From the IMG/VR virus record IMGVR_UViG_3300049165_000088, positions 1 to 50,505 of that record: a DNA stretch of 50,505 nt. The stretch is one strand, 5' to 3'. The DNA comes from a virus. Lineage: Duplodnaviria; Caudoviricetes. The notes beneath the pieces were generated by a model, which had not been told where the DNA came from, did no database searches, and saw only the letters and a program-made list of their open reading frames with translations. Within the stretch, counting starts at the first letter, position 1. Each line of letters starts with the position of its first letter. The translations under genes were made by a program, and so were the position numbers. Shown here in pieces: positions 17,097-25,670 of the stretch.

Positions 17097-17500
17097 TGGG
17101 TACCGCCCGTCATGGCGAGCGCGCGCTCACGACGGCGGCGAGCGCGGTAGGCGTTGACGTCGGCCGTGTTCGCCTTCGTGCACGCGTCGCAGCGGCAGGC
17201 GTGGTTCCTGTACGTGGACGGCTTGCCGTGCCCTGCGCGGTCGGCCGAGGACGGGTCCTGCTGCCAGACGGCACGCCGCTCGGCACACCACACGCGGTGT
17301 GCTTCGCGACAGTCGTCGCAGCGGCAGCCCTTGACATAGGTGCGGCGGTCGCCGTGCCCGTGGTCGACCGGTGGCCGGCCGCGGCGCTTCTTCGGCGCGG
17401 GATTGGCGAGCCCGAGCATGGCGAGCAACAGACGCAGATCATCCGGCCCGGTGGCACGGTCGGCCACGGCGACGGCGGCCCGGCGGGCTTCGTCGGTCAT
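17093..17500 (-). CDS. Protein with duplicated HG...Y...CRCxxC motif
   Basis: HGDRRTYVKGCRCDDC and HGKPSTYRNHACRCDAC. Confidence 0.7.
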   Translation of the reverse strand: MTDEARRAAVAVADRATGPDDLRLLLAMLGLANPAPKKRRGRPPVDHGHGDRRTYVKGCRCDDCREAHRVWCAERRAVWQQDPSSADRAGHGKPSTYRNHACRCDACTKANTADVNAYRARRRRERALAMTGGTQ

Positions 17501-18042
17501 GCGCCACCGCCCGTCGAGCAGCGGCACTTGCACCCGTCACCGATGGAGCACTGGTGACAGTCGAGGCAGACGTCACACTTCGGGCAATGCCCGCAGCCGG
17601 CCGGGCGTGAGCCGCAGTCGTCGCACTCGGGCTCTGCCACGGCCAGGGCGGCACTGCCGGTCATGGCGCGGCCGTTGTGCGCGCCGCCGATGAACGCAGC
17701 GAGCTTCATCGCCGACAGGCGGGAACGAGTGGACTCGCCGCGAGTCGCGGTGTCCTTCTCGCACGGGCAGCCGTAGTTGTGCGACTCGGGCGTCTCGCAG
17801 CCGTACCGCGCCTTGCGCTCGACGGCGTCGACGACGATCGCGAGCTGCTCGTACACGGCGCCCACTTCGTCGCAGTGCTCGAACAGATGCCCCGTCATGC
17901 TCTGCTGCAGTTTCGGCAGCACACCGCGCAGCGTCTCGGCGACCAGGTCGGCGACAAGCTGCTCGGCCGTCCCCGGCCGGACTTCGGGCGATCCTTCCAG
18001 GGCGGCGAGCACCCGCCCGCGAGCGGTGTCGGTTCCGGTCAT
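17497..18042 (-). CDS. Hypothetical protein with Cys-rich C-terminus (181 aa)
   Basis: GGAGAG RBS; ATGA overlaps; CDDC...CGHCPKCDVCLDCHQC. Confidence 0.6.
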   Translation of the reverse strand: MTGTDTARGRVLAALEGSPEVRPGTAEQLVADLVAETLRGVLPKLQQSMTGHLFEHCDEVGAVYEQLAIVVDAVERKARYGCETPESHNYGCPCEKDTATRGESTRSRLSAMKLAAFIGGAHNGRAMTGSAALAVAEPECDDCGSRPAGCGHCPKCDVCLDCHQCSIGDGCKCRCSTGGGA

Positions 18043-18521
18043 CGGGCGCTCTCCTCGCTGATCTCGGTCCACGCGTGGGGCCAGTCGTCGGCGGGCTCGG
18101 CGTACGGCCGCCACGCAGTCGTCTCGCCCTTCCGGATCCAGCCGAAGGCGAACGGCTCGCCGGTCGCCGGGTAGGTGGTGGTGCACGCCACGCGGAAGAC
18201 GGTGATCAGCTCGGGGAAAGTGAAGCCGCTGGCCTCGTAGGCGTACGTCCGGCCCGGCTGGAAGAAGTCCGCGGTCGTGTCGGCACCAGCGTCCAGTTCG
18301 TCGTCTCTGCCCATGGCGGTGAGCAGCGCCTTGACGGTGATCGTGTGGTAGCCGGGGCGGCCGGAACACAGGGCCTCGACGGCGGCCAGGCGGCGGGCGA
18401 ACCGGCGCGCGGTGTCCTCGGGCGTCTCCGTCATGTCGGTCGGGTATTGGGTGCAGCCGCCGCACATGCCGCCGATACGCGGCGCTTCCGGGTGCTGCGG
18501 GCACGAGATGCTCTCGTTCAC
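18039..18521 (-). CDS. Hypothetical protein (160 aa)
   Basis: ORF track; DFFQPGRTY motif; overlapping start and stop. Confidence 0.7.
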   Translation of the reverse strand: MNESISCPQHPEAPRIGGMCGGCTQYPTDMTETPEDTARRFARRLAAVEALCSGRPGYHTITVKALLTAMGRDDELDAGADTTADFFQPGRTYAYEASGFTFPELITVFRVACTTTYPATGEPFAFGWIRKGETTAWRPYAEPADDWPHAWTEISEESAR

Positions 18522-18997
18522 ACCGCACCCCCGACCAGGGTCGGCCGCACGATCAGCGCGTCGCCCTTGCCGAACCAGTCGCAGCCGTCCCAGCTACACA
18601 GCGGCCCCGTGTGCTTCGGGCAGCCGGCCCGGTACCGGGCGACCGCCGCGAGCAGCGACGGGTGCGCCTTGACCGTGAGCCCGAGACTGCCGTTGATGCC
18701 GGGGTGCCCGTTCCACGTTGTCGACACCTCGACGTCGAGCACCGCGAGCTCGGCTCGGATGTCGTTGAGTTCGTGCAGCCCGATGCCGTTCACGATCTCG
18801 CCGTGCGCGTACACAGGGCGGGCTACCTGCGTCACCACGACCGGCAGAGCGTCGGCGCCGGACGGAGCGAAGGCGTAAAGCCGGTTCGCGGGCACGTCCG
18901 GAAGGCTGATCCCGTGGTGCTGTTGAATCGCGCCGTCGGGCTGCTCGGTGCCGTACAGCCACCGGATCCCGGCGGCGAGGATGTTGATCCGGTTCAT
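18518..18997 (-). CDS. Hypothetical protein (159 aa)
   Basis: ORF track; HPSLLAAVARYRAGCPKH...C. Confidence 0.7.
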   Translation of the reverse strand: MNRINILAAGIRWLYGTEQPDGAIQQHHGISLPDVPANRLYAFAPSGADALPVVVTQVARPVYAHGEIVNGIGLHELNDIRAELAVLDVEVSTTWNGHPGINGSLGLTVKAHPSLLAAVARYRAGCPKHTGPLCSWDGCDWFGKGDALIVRPTLVGGAV

Positions 18998-19095
18998 GAC
19001 TCACCCCGTTCGAGGTAGGTGCGGGAGTCGAGGGCGACCGCGGCGACCACGGACGCGACGCCGACGAGAGAGACCAGAAGGAAGAGGACGATCAC
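18994..19095 (-). CDS. Small membrane peptide (33 aa)
   Basis: GTGA/ATGA coupling; single hydrophobic helix. Confidence 0.5.
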   Translation of the reverse strand: MIVLFLLVSLVGVASVVAAVALDSRTYLERGES

Positions 19096-19832
19096 GCGGC
19101 ACCGCCGTTCCGCTGCTCGGCGGCGGCGCGTCGGGACGGCGTCTCGATGACCGCACCCGACGACGCGTGCAACGCCTCCACGAACTCGCCCCCGGCGCAG
19201 CGGCAGGAGCAGGAGCAGCAGTTGCCGCAGTCCTGGCACATGTAGTGCCGGGAGCAGTGGCCCTTCGGGCAGCGCATCTGCGGACCGCAGGAACACGCGG
19301 CGTCGGTCAGCGAGTACGCGATCGGGTCCTCATCGACCGAGTGCGTGTCGCGTGCCGCCAGGGCGTCCAAGGCGTCGAGTTCAAGCTGCGCTTCCAGCAG
19401 GCCGACGGACATCGGCAGCTTCTCCTGCCGCATGACCTCGATGGCAGCCTCGTAGCCCTGCTGTCGTTGGCCCTCGGCGGCGGCCTCCAGCTCGGCGACC
19501 CGGGCCCGCAGCGCGTCACGCTCCGACTCGGCATCGAGCAGGCGGCGCAGCACCGGACCCATCCGATCGCCCATGTAGCCGGACAGGTTCAGGCAGTACC
19601 AGTCCCAGTCCGCCGCCGTGCTGTGGTCGTGCTCGGCCCGGTCCTTCACCGACTGCGCGAGCGAGACGAGCACCCCGTCACGAGCGGGCTTCGCCTCTCC
19701 GAGCTGCTCGGCGATCGTGGCGCGCAACTCGGGCGACAGGCCGGCGGGCTTGTCCGGGCCGACCGGCACCGGCAGCGCGCCCATCACAGCCACCGCGTCC
19801 GCCAGCGGGTCACGGCCCTTCGGGGCGTTCAT
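19092..19832 (-). CDS. Hypothetical coiled-coil protein with Cys-rich segment (246 aa)
   Basis: AVAVMGALPVPVG; LRARVAELE; SVDEDPIAY. Confidence 0.7.
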   Translation of the reverse strand: MNAPKGRDPLADAVAVMGALPVPVGPDKPAGLSPELRATIAEQLGEAKPARDGVLVSLAQSVKDRAEHDHSTAADWDWYCLNLSGYMGDRMGPVLRRLLDAESERDALRARVAELEAAAEGQRQQGYEAAIEVMRQEKLPMSVGLLEAQLELDALDALAARDTHSVDEDPIAYSLTDAACSCGPQMRCPKGHCSRHYMCQDCGNCCSCSCRCAGGEFVEALHASSGAVIETPSRRAAAEQRNGGAA

Positions 19833-19957
19833 GCCGCACCCCGCTCACGCCGCGCAGGCAGCCACCGGCGGACGCTGGTGAACCCGTCCTCGGCCATCGC
19901 CTGCTCGAACAGGTCCTGCTCGACCTCATCACCGTCGACCTCGAAGTCGTCAGCCAC
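19829..19957 (-). CDS. Small acidic protein (42 aa)
   Basis: MADDFEVDGDEVEQDLFEQAMAEDGF...; fills the gap with overlaps on both sides. Confidence 0.5.
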   Translation of the reverse strand: MADDFEVDGDEVEQDLFEQAMAEDGFTSVRRWLPARRERGAA

Positions 19958-20336
19958 GGCGCGCCCCCGACCGGTGAACGTGCTCGGACAGCAGCGCCGG
20001 AACGCCCTCCCCGATCAGCCGGATCCGGACACCGCCGACCACGCACCGCGCGATCGTCGCCGCACCGGTGTGGGTCGTACGCCGCTGGTCGGTCGCGCCG
20101 AGCTCGGTCGTCCACCGGACCCAGTCCGTGATCGAACGCGGGCGGACGACGAACTGCACCTCGCCGCCGGCGGCCGACACAGTCGGCGCGGGGGCGGGCA
20201 TGTCGGCGAACCGCGCCGAGGCGGTGTCCGCGACCGCCTTCGCCTTGCGGCACTGAGCGAGCAGCGCGAGCGCGGCCGGGGACGGTGTGGCGGGCCGGTT
20301 GCGGCCGGGCGCCGCGAACGGGTCGGTGATCGTCAC
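19950..20336 (-). CDS. Hypothetical protein (128 aa)
   Basis: ORF track; GTGA overlap. Confidence 0.65.
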   Translation of the reverse strand: MTITDPFAAPGRNRPATPSPAALALLAQCRKAKAVADTASARFADMPAPAPTVSAAGGEVQFVVRPRSITDWVRWTTELGATDQRRTTHTGAATIARCVVGGVRIRLIGEGVPALLSEHVHRSGARRG

Positions 20337-20686
20337 CGCGTCACCGCCCCGTACAGGTCCGCGATGACGTCCTCGCCCTCAACGACCGTGCAGTGCACCC
20401 GAACGGGCACGGCGGTCAGGTCGGCCCGCAGCGGCGTGAACGTCGACAACGTCCACGTCGACGCGCCGAGGTTCGCGACACCACGCTCGATGTCGCCACC
20501 GAGGGCGTGCACCCACGTGCCGAAGTCGTCGACGTCGGCGAGGCAGATGTGCACCATGTCCGCGCGGGCGACGAGCGTGGGGGCCGGCAGGTCGAGCCGG
20601 TCGATCACGGTCTGCACGGCGAGGCGGTTGTCACTCTTCGCCGCGTAGGTGGTGGGGGGTGGGCTTTCGATAGGCTGAGCGCTCAT
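20333..20686 (-). CDS. Hypothetical protein (117 aa)
   Basis: ORF track; GAGG RBS. Confidence 0.7.
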   Translation of the reverse strand: MSAQPIESPPPTTYAAKSDNRLAVQTVIDRLDLPAPTLVARADMVHICLADVDDFGTWVHALGGDIERGVANLGASTWTLSTFTPLRADLTAVPVRVHCTVVEGEDVIADLYGAVTR

Positions 20687-20784
20687 GGCTCGCGCCTCGC
20701 TTCCTGTGTGTGTGAGGTGGTGGGCCTCTTGGGGTCGTCCCGTATCGGCGGGGCGGCCCCTTGACGTACGGCCCGGTGGTGCGG

Positions 20785-20964
20785 TCAGGCGGCCGAACGC
20801 TCCTGCTGAACCGCCGACGTGCGGCGGGAGGAAGTGAGGATCGGGCGCAGTCGGTCAAGGACTTCGGCCGTCGGCGGGTGTTCGGCGATCGCGGCGTCCG
20901 CCTCGGCGTTGATCCGGGCGATCACGGCGTCACCGAGCAGGGCGCGACGCTCCGCGGCCGTCAC
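20785..20964 (-). CDS. Hypothetical protein (59 aa) downstream of cro
   Basis: MTAAERRALLGDAVIARINAEA...; GTGA overlap with cro stop. Confidence 0.65.
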   Translation of the reverse strand: MTAAERRALLGDAVIARINAEADAAIAEHPPTAEVLDRLRPILTSSRRTSAVQQERSAA

Positions 20965-21191
20965 GCGGCCGCTCCGGCGTCAGCGTCGATACGCGGCATC
21001 AGCCGTTCGACTGAGATCTCGTACGTCTCCGCGAGCCGCAGCGCCGTAATCAGGTCAGGCTGCGCTTCGCCATTCAGCAGGCGGTAGATCGAGGACTCGG
21101 CGATTCCGGTACTGCGTGCGATCGCGTATCCGGATCCGTCGCCCTTTGCCGCAGCCGCTTCTCGCAGCTTGGCGATGTCGAGTCGGTACAT
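20961..21191 (-). CDS. Cro-like XRE HTH regulator
   Basis: GYAIARSTGIAESSIYRLLNGEAQPDL; divergent from the repressor; heads the early operon. Confidence 0.85.
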   Translation of the reverse strand: MYRLDIAKLREAAAAKGDGSGYAIARSTGIAESSIYRLLNGEAQPDLITALRLAETYEISVERLMPRIDADAGAAA

Positions 21192-21242
21192 GTGCTCACC
21201 CCTCCCTTGCAGGCTGTGCGGGGTTCCTTGCTTACGAGGGAG

Positions 21243-21419
21243 ACTCTAGAGCGATCCTCCCTCCCGCGCAAGGGAACTTGCGCGGGAGGGAGGGATTTCC
21301 CTAGAATCGTGCACACGTTCGAATCTGTGAATATGCCGACGGGAAGGACGGTTGTGGCTGGTCACACACCCTTGCCCGCAAGGGATCATCTAGATACTCC
21401 CTAGCTAGGGAGCTAAAGT
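21243..21419. promoter_or_regulatory. Lysis/lysogeny switch: mirror-image promoters and operators
   Basis: 17-bp inverted repeat 21256-21293; TTGCGC-17-TAGAGT (-) and TTGCGC-18-TAGAAT (+); palindromes 21369-21384 and 21397-21412; TAAAGT 6 nt before repressor ATG. Confidence 0.75.
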
Positions 21420-21425
21420 GCGGGC

Positions 21426-21869
21426 ATGACTGACGCACCCCCCACCCGGGCCCAGCGGTTCGCCGCCGTGGTCGGGCCAGCAGCACGTAGTGCCGGCTAC
21501 ACCGGCCATGGATCCAACGCCCGCCTCGCTCGAGATACGGGCATGACCGAGAGCAGCGTCTCCCGAATGCTCAAGGGGCAGGCGATCCCCGCCCCCCAGT
21601 TCTTTCAACCCATCGCCGACGCCGTCGGTTTGCCCGTCGGTCAGCTACTGGTTGAAGCGGGGATCATTTCGGAACAGACACTGACCGAAACCGGTCAGTC
21701 ACAGGTAGAGTCACCATTCACCGCAGAAGACGCAGCAGACCGCCTAGGGATCACTGACCCCGTCACGCGTGAACTGTTCCTCGCGAGCGTGGAACGGCTG
21801 GTCAGACAGCAGAGCACCGATGCGCCCGGCCGAGAGAAAGGGACGGGAGGCATCGCCGCCGAGCAGTGA
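21426..21869 (+). CDS. CI-like immunity repressor (XRE HTH)
   Basis: NARLARDTGMTESSVSRMLKGQAIP; divergent from cro. Confidence 0.85.
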   Translation: MTDAPPTRAQRFAAVVGPAARSAGYTGHGSNARLARDTGMTESSVSRMLKGQAIPAPQFFQPIADAVGLPVGQLLVEAGIISEQTLTETGQSQVESPFTAEDAADRLGITDPVTRELFLASVERLVRQQSTDAPGREKGTGGIAAEQ

Positions 21870-22417
21870 GGCAAGGGGAGGACAGCGCATTGCGCATCAA
21901 GCGGCACCGCTCGTACATCGTGGCCGGAATCTTCCTGGCCATCGGCATTGCACTCGTCGCAGCCGGCCTGTCGCACGACTCCCTACCCGAGACGATCGCG
22001 GGCGTCTCGCTCGCCTTCGCAGGACAACTCATAGCCTGCATGCACATAGTGCACGGATGGGTCACATCCACAGCCGCTGAGCGCTCCACACTGCACCAGG
22101 CGTCTCAGCGGCTCGAAGCAGAATCAGCGAAGTGCGCCGCTGGAAAGGTCGCGCTCGACGCCGAGCGGGACCGCCTGCGGCGTGATCGGGTCTCCGCTGC
22201 CCGCCGCGCGGACCTCGCACTGCAGGAACACCGAGCGGCCCTCGACGCCCAGTTCGAGGAACGCAAGAGCGCGCTCGTCTCCGAGGCCATGGAAGCCGCA
22301 TTCTTGATCTTCCAGTCGGGCGGGCACCGGGCGCCCGCCCGAGAGCGTGTCGTCGTGCAGTTCCCCGGGCAGCTTGCCGACCACGAGCGGGCCCGCAGCC
22401 GCGACGTCAGGCCCTGA
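21866..22417 (+). CDS. Two-TM coiled-coil protein, probably co-transcribed with the repressor
   Basis: GTGA overlap with repressor; two hydrophobic helices then coiled coil. Confidence 0.7.
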   Translation: MRQGEDSALRIKRHRSYIVAGIFLAIGIALVAAGLSHDSLPETIAGVSLAFAGQLIACMHIVHGWVTSTAAERSTLHQASQRLEAESAKCAAGKVALDAERDRLRRDRVSAARRADLALQEHRAALDAQFEERKSALVSEAMEAAFLIFQSGGHRAPARERVVVQFPGQLADHERARSRDVRP

Positions 22418-23912
22418 AACCCGGCTGCCCGGCATACGTCAACGTGACACGCCCCGGATAGATCTTCCGTACCCCCTTGGCGTGAGCCCGGTTAAGCCGG
22501 ACATTCACCACCGTCCGCAGGACGTCACGCCGCTGACTCAACTCCAGGTCATTCCACCGCTCGTCGACATCGTCGGCACCGATCAGGCCCCGCAGCGCAG
22601 GCGGCACGCCGGCCGACTCGGACTCACGCTGCGCCCGCTCGATCTGCGGCACGAGACGCGCCTCCATATCCGCGAGCGACATGACCGACAACTTAGGCCG
22701 GCCCTGCTCGTCGAACGTTGACGCAGCCTCCCGCGCTTCGCGGAGCTGCGCTAGCAGATTGTCCCGCAGGGTCCGCGCCTCGGCGGCCTTCTCCTCAACG
22801 GCTGTGTCGGACCGGAACGCCGCTGCGGCAGCAGGCGAGCCGAGCCACCGCACCAAGCCCTGCTCGACGTACGCCTCAAACTTCTTGGCCTCCATCGCGA
22901 CGCCGAAGCAGGCCAGGCACGTGTAGGTCGGCAGTCCGCGGTTCGGCTGCACCTTGAGCGTCACCGGCTCGTCCTTCGGGCTCCAGGACTCCATACAGTT
23001 GCCGCACTCACCGATGCCGGTGAGCAGCCACTTAACCCCGGCGTCACGGCTCTTGCGCTTGTCCCGGTCCCGCAGCCGCTTCTGCACCCGGTTGAACACG
23101 GCCTCGTCGACCAGGGCCGGCCACTGTCCCTTCCCGATGTCCTGCCCGTGCCGGATGCGCCTGCCGGTGTAGGTCCGGTTCCGCAGAATGTGCGTGATGT
23201 GGTCCAGCGTGTACGGCTTGCCGAAGTGGCTGACGAGTTCACGCTTTTCGAAATCACGCAGGATCGCGAGCATTCCCTCGCCGCCGTCGAACCGGCGGAA
23301 CATCTCGCGTACGTTCGGGCCCTGCTTGGGATGCTCGACCTGGTCGATCAGATCGCCGGTCTCAGTGTCGTAGCGGCGCAGGTAGCCCTCGGGGCAGCGG
23401 CCCACCGGGGCGCCCGTCTCGGCGAGCTCGTTGTGCGTGCGCATGTTCCGGACTTGGATGCCTTCGGCTTCGTCCTCGGCCTGCAGCGCATCTTGCGCGG
23501 TCGCCCGCCGGTCGTCGCGCTTGCTCAGGTCGTAGACGGTGCCGTTGTAGCAGAACAGCACGCCGTTTCGGGCGCATGCGTTCCTGATCCTGATGTAGAC
23601 CTCGATATCGCGGTAGTACCGCGACGCCTCGAATGCGACGACGATGCGCACCTTCCCTGATTCGATCGTGTCGATCAGGGCCTCGAAATCTTCCCGCTCG
23701 CGCTTCCGGTGACGGCTCGCGCTGCGGTTCACGTCCTTGTCGAAGATGCCGACGACTTCCCACCCGTGCTTTGCGCACATCTCCTGCAGCACCCGAATCT
23801 GTGAGGCGACGCTGCGCCCCTTCTTCTTTGGATCACGGCTCGCCCGACCGTAAAGGGCAGCCGTGAACGGACCCTTGTAGACCATGTGCAGGAACTCAGG
23901 CTGAATCGGCAT
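22407..23912 (-). CDS. int: Large serine recombinase (integrase)
   Basis: YGRAS catalytic motif; SAS...REDFEALI...EASRYYR; recombinase domain; CGNC/CLAC Zn ribbon; coiled coil. Confidence 0.93.
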   Translation of the reverse strand: MPIQPEFLHMVYKGPFTAALYGRASRDPKKKGRSVASQIRVLQEMCAKHGWEVVGIFDKDVNRSASRHRKREREDFEALIDTIESGKVRIVVAFEASRYYRDIEVYIRIRNACARNGVLFCYNGTVYDLSKRDDRRATAQDALQAEDEAEGIQVRNMRTHNELAETGAPVGRCPEGYLRRYDTETGDLIDQVEHPKQGPNVREMFRRFDGGEGMLAILRDFEKRELVSHFGKPYTLDHITHILRNRTYTGRRIRHGQDIGKGQWPALVDEAVFNRVQKRLRDRDKRKSRDAGVKWLLTGIGECGNCMESWSPKDEPVTLKVQPNRGLPTYTCLACFGVAMEAKKFEAYVEQGLVRWLGSPAAAAAFRSDTAVEEKAAEARTLRDNLLAQLREAREAASTFDEQGRPKLSVMSLADMEARLVPQIERAQRESESAGVPPALRGLIGADDVDERWNDLELSQRRDVLRTVVNVRLNRAHAKGVRKIYPGRVTLTYAGQPGFRA

Positions 23913-24021
23913 GGCCGCAGGATGCCACACCACTCTGCCTAGGTGAAGTTGTTCGGCAACACCGCGACTCACACATATGGGTGACATGCGGCGAAGATCG
24001 CAGGTCAAGGCGGCAGGGAGG

Positions 24022-24222
24022 TCAGTCAGAGATCTCGCTTATCACGCGCAGGGTGTCATGGAGCGCGCTGCGCAGGGTCTCGACGGTGCCGACGAGGTCG
24101 GCCGGGCTCATCGCGACCAGGTCGACGGCTCGCGCGTGATTCAGGTCCCGGCGGGCAATGTCGACGCGGATGCGCTGCTCCTCGGTGAGCCGAACGCGGG
24201 GCGCCTGGCCAGGCTCCGTCAC
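24022..24222 (-). CDS. Small helical protein upstream of integrase (66 aa)
   Basis: GAAAGGA RBS before GTG 24222. Confidence 0.65.
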   Translation of the reverse strand: MTEPGQAPRVRLTEEQRIRVDIARRDLNHARAVDLVAMSPADLVGTVETLRSALHDTLRVISEISD

Positions 24223-24431
24223 TGGGTCGTTCCTTTCGTGCATGCCGGCGCCGGAAGGCGCGCAGCCAGGCAGGGGTCGACACCTCAGCGCAACATTTGC
24301 ACTGTGCATCTTTCAAGAAGATTGCCACACCCTCATTCGAACGAGTGAATGATTCGGGCGCCGCTTCCCCTGCCGGGGAATGTACGGTATTCGATACAGA
24401 CTTTCGATCTTGGAGCGGCAACGGTTGTCCA

Positions 24432-24671
24432 GTGCCGCCGCCGCTAGACCGCCCCGCGCTCCTTGCTCGCCGCCGGGAAATCGGCGACAACCTTCGCGAG
24501 GCACGCCTCGCCGCGGGGATGACGCAGGAGCGGGTCGCGCTGCAGGCCGGGATCGAGCGGCCGACGCTCAATCGGATCGAGCAAGGGCATGCGGCCGCGC
24601 GAATTGACACCCTGATTCAGGTCTCCGAAGTGATCGGCGTCGACCTCGGTGAGCTCATGCGACGCAGGTAA
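24432..24671 (+). CDS. XRE-family HTH regulator (79 aa)
   Basis: IGDNLREARLAAGMTQERVALQAGIERPTLNRIEQG. Confidence 0.88.
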   Translation: MPPPLDRPALLARRREIGDNLREARLAAGMTQERVALQAGIERPTLNRIEQGHAAARIDTLIQVSEVIGVDLGELMRRR

Positions 24672-24708
24672 CCCCGGCCTGCCCGAGGGGGACACAGGCA
24701 GGCCGGGG
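24672..24708. terminator. Hairpin between convergent genes
   Basis: 12-bp stem CCCCGGCCTGCC/GGCAGGCCGGGG. Confidence 0.65.
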
Positions 24709-24755
24709 CGGACGTCCCTGCCCGCGGGCGATCGGCGGGGCCGCGGGCAGGGGGC

Positions 24756-24896
24756 TCACGGGTCGACGCGTGTGCGCGGCCGGCACTCGGGATCGCCGTC
24801 GCGGTGCCGGTAGTCGTCGGGCCGCACGGTCACGGCCTGAGCCATGACCGGCCGGTCGCAGCGGACGCAGATCCGTGTCTCGCTCGTCGTCGTCAC
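24756..24896 (-). CDS. Small CxxC protein (46 aa)
   Basis: GGAGG RBS; RICVRCDRPV...H...EC. Confidence 0.55.
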   Translation of the reverse strand: MTTTSETRICVRCDRPVMAQAVTVRPDDYRHRDGDPECRPRTRVDP

Positions 24897-25102
24897 GGTG
24901 TGCCTCCCGTCCACGCGCGGGCCAGCTGCTCGGTGTCCTCGACGGTCCACTCGCCGACAACCCGGATGCCGGACTGGGCGGCGCAGACGAGGTGCGCGAG
25001 GATCGGCCAGCCGGGGCCGGACCCGGCCGGGCGGTAGCCGATGACGGCGTCCGGCGGCGGGGTTGTGTCGGGGCAGAGGGCGCATGCCAGGGTGCTAGCC
25101 AC
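24893..25102 (-). CDS. Small Zn-finger protein, CxxC...SGPG...AHxxC (69 aa)
   Basis: GGAGG RBS; CALC...GSGPGWPILAHLVC. Confidence 0.65.
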   Translation of the reverse strand: MASTLACALCPDTTPPPDAVIGYRPAGSGPGWPILAHLVCAAQSGIRVVGEWTVEDTEQLARAWTGGTP

Positions 25103-25379
25103 GCGACACCTCCCCGTCCTGCTCGGCGTAGGGGTTGCCGGGCGCCGGGGCCACATGCCAGAACGTCAGCTGCACCGCACGGAAGGAGCGGTGCTCCGGA
25201 TACTCGCCGGTGTGCTTCAGCGCCCACACCTCGGCCGGCAGGCGCTCGCCCTCGGTCGCGCCGGACGAGTCGCCGCACGTGGTGCACTGCGCCTCATGCA
25301 TCGGCGCTGTCGGGGCACCCTCGGACGTGTCTACGCCAAGGTGCCACTCAGCGGCCCTGATGATCGTGCGCGGGCTCAT
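25095..25379 (-). CDS. Small Zn-binding protein (94 aa)
   Basis: CTTCG...WALKHTG...HRSFR; ATGA overlap. Confidence 0.7.
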   Translation of the reverse strand: MSPRTIIRAAEWHLGVDTSEGAPTAPMHEAQCTTCGDSSGATEGERLPAEVWALKHTGEYPEHRSFRAVQLTFWHVAPAPGNPYAEQDGEVSRG

Positions 25380-25570
25380 GCGAAGTGCTCCGCCCCGATC
25401 GTGCCGAGCAGCGCGTACAGGACCGGCACGCCGCGCTGCTCGGCGCAGGTGCGGTGGGCGAGCACGGAGCACCCGGGGCCGCTGGAGGACGGGTTCACTC
25501 GTACGCACACGTCGGCGCCCGGTTCCGGGCAGTAGGTGCAGTCCCTGCGTGGTGGTGTCTCGCTCGTCAT
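25376..25570 (-). CDS. Small Zn-finger protein, CxxC...SGPG...AHxxC (64 aa)
   Basis: GGGAGAG RBS; CTYC...SSGPGCSVLAHRTC. Confidence 0.65.
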   Translation of the reverse strand: MTSETPPRRDCTYCPEPGADVCVRVNPSSSGPGCSVLAHRTCAEQRGVPVLYALLGTIGAEHFA

Positions 25571-25670
25571 GGTGTCTCTCCCGACCCGACTCGGTGATGA
25601 GCCACCATCGTGTGTGCGGACAGTCGCCATGCGTATACAGGCCTTGGGCGGGCGAGCGTATATTTCCGCC

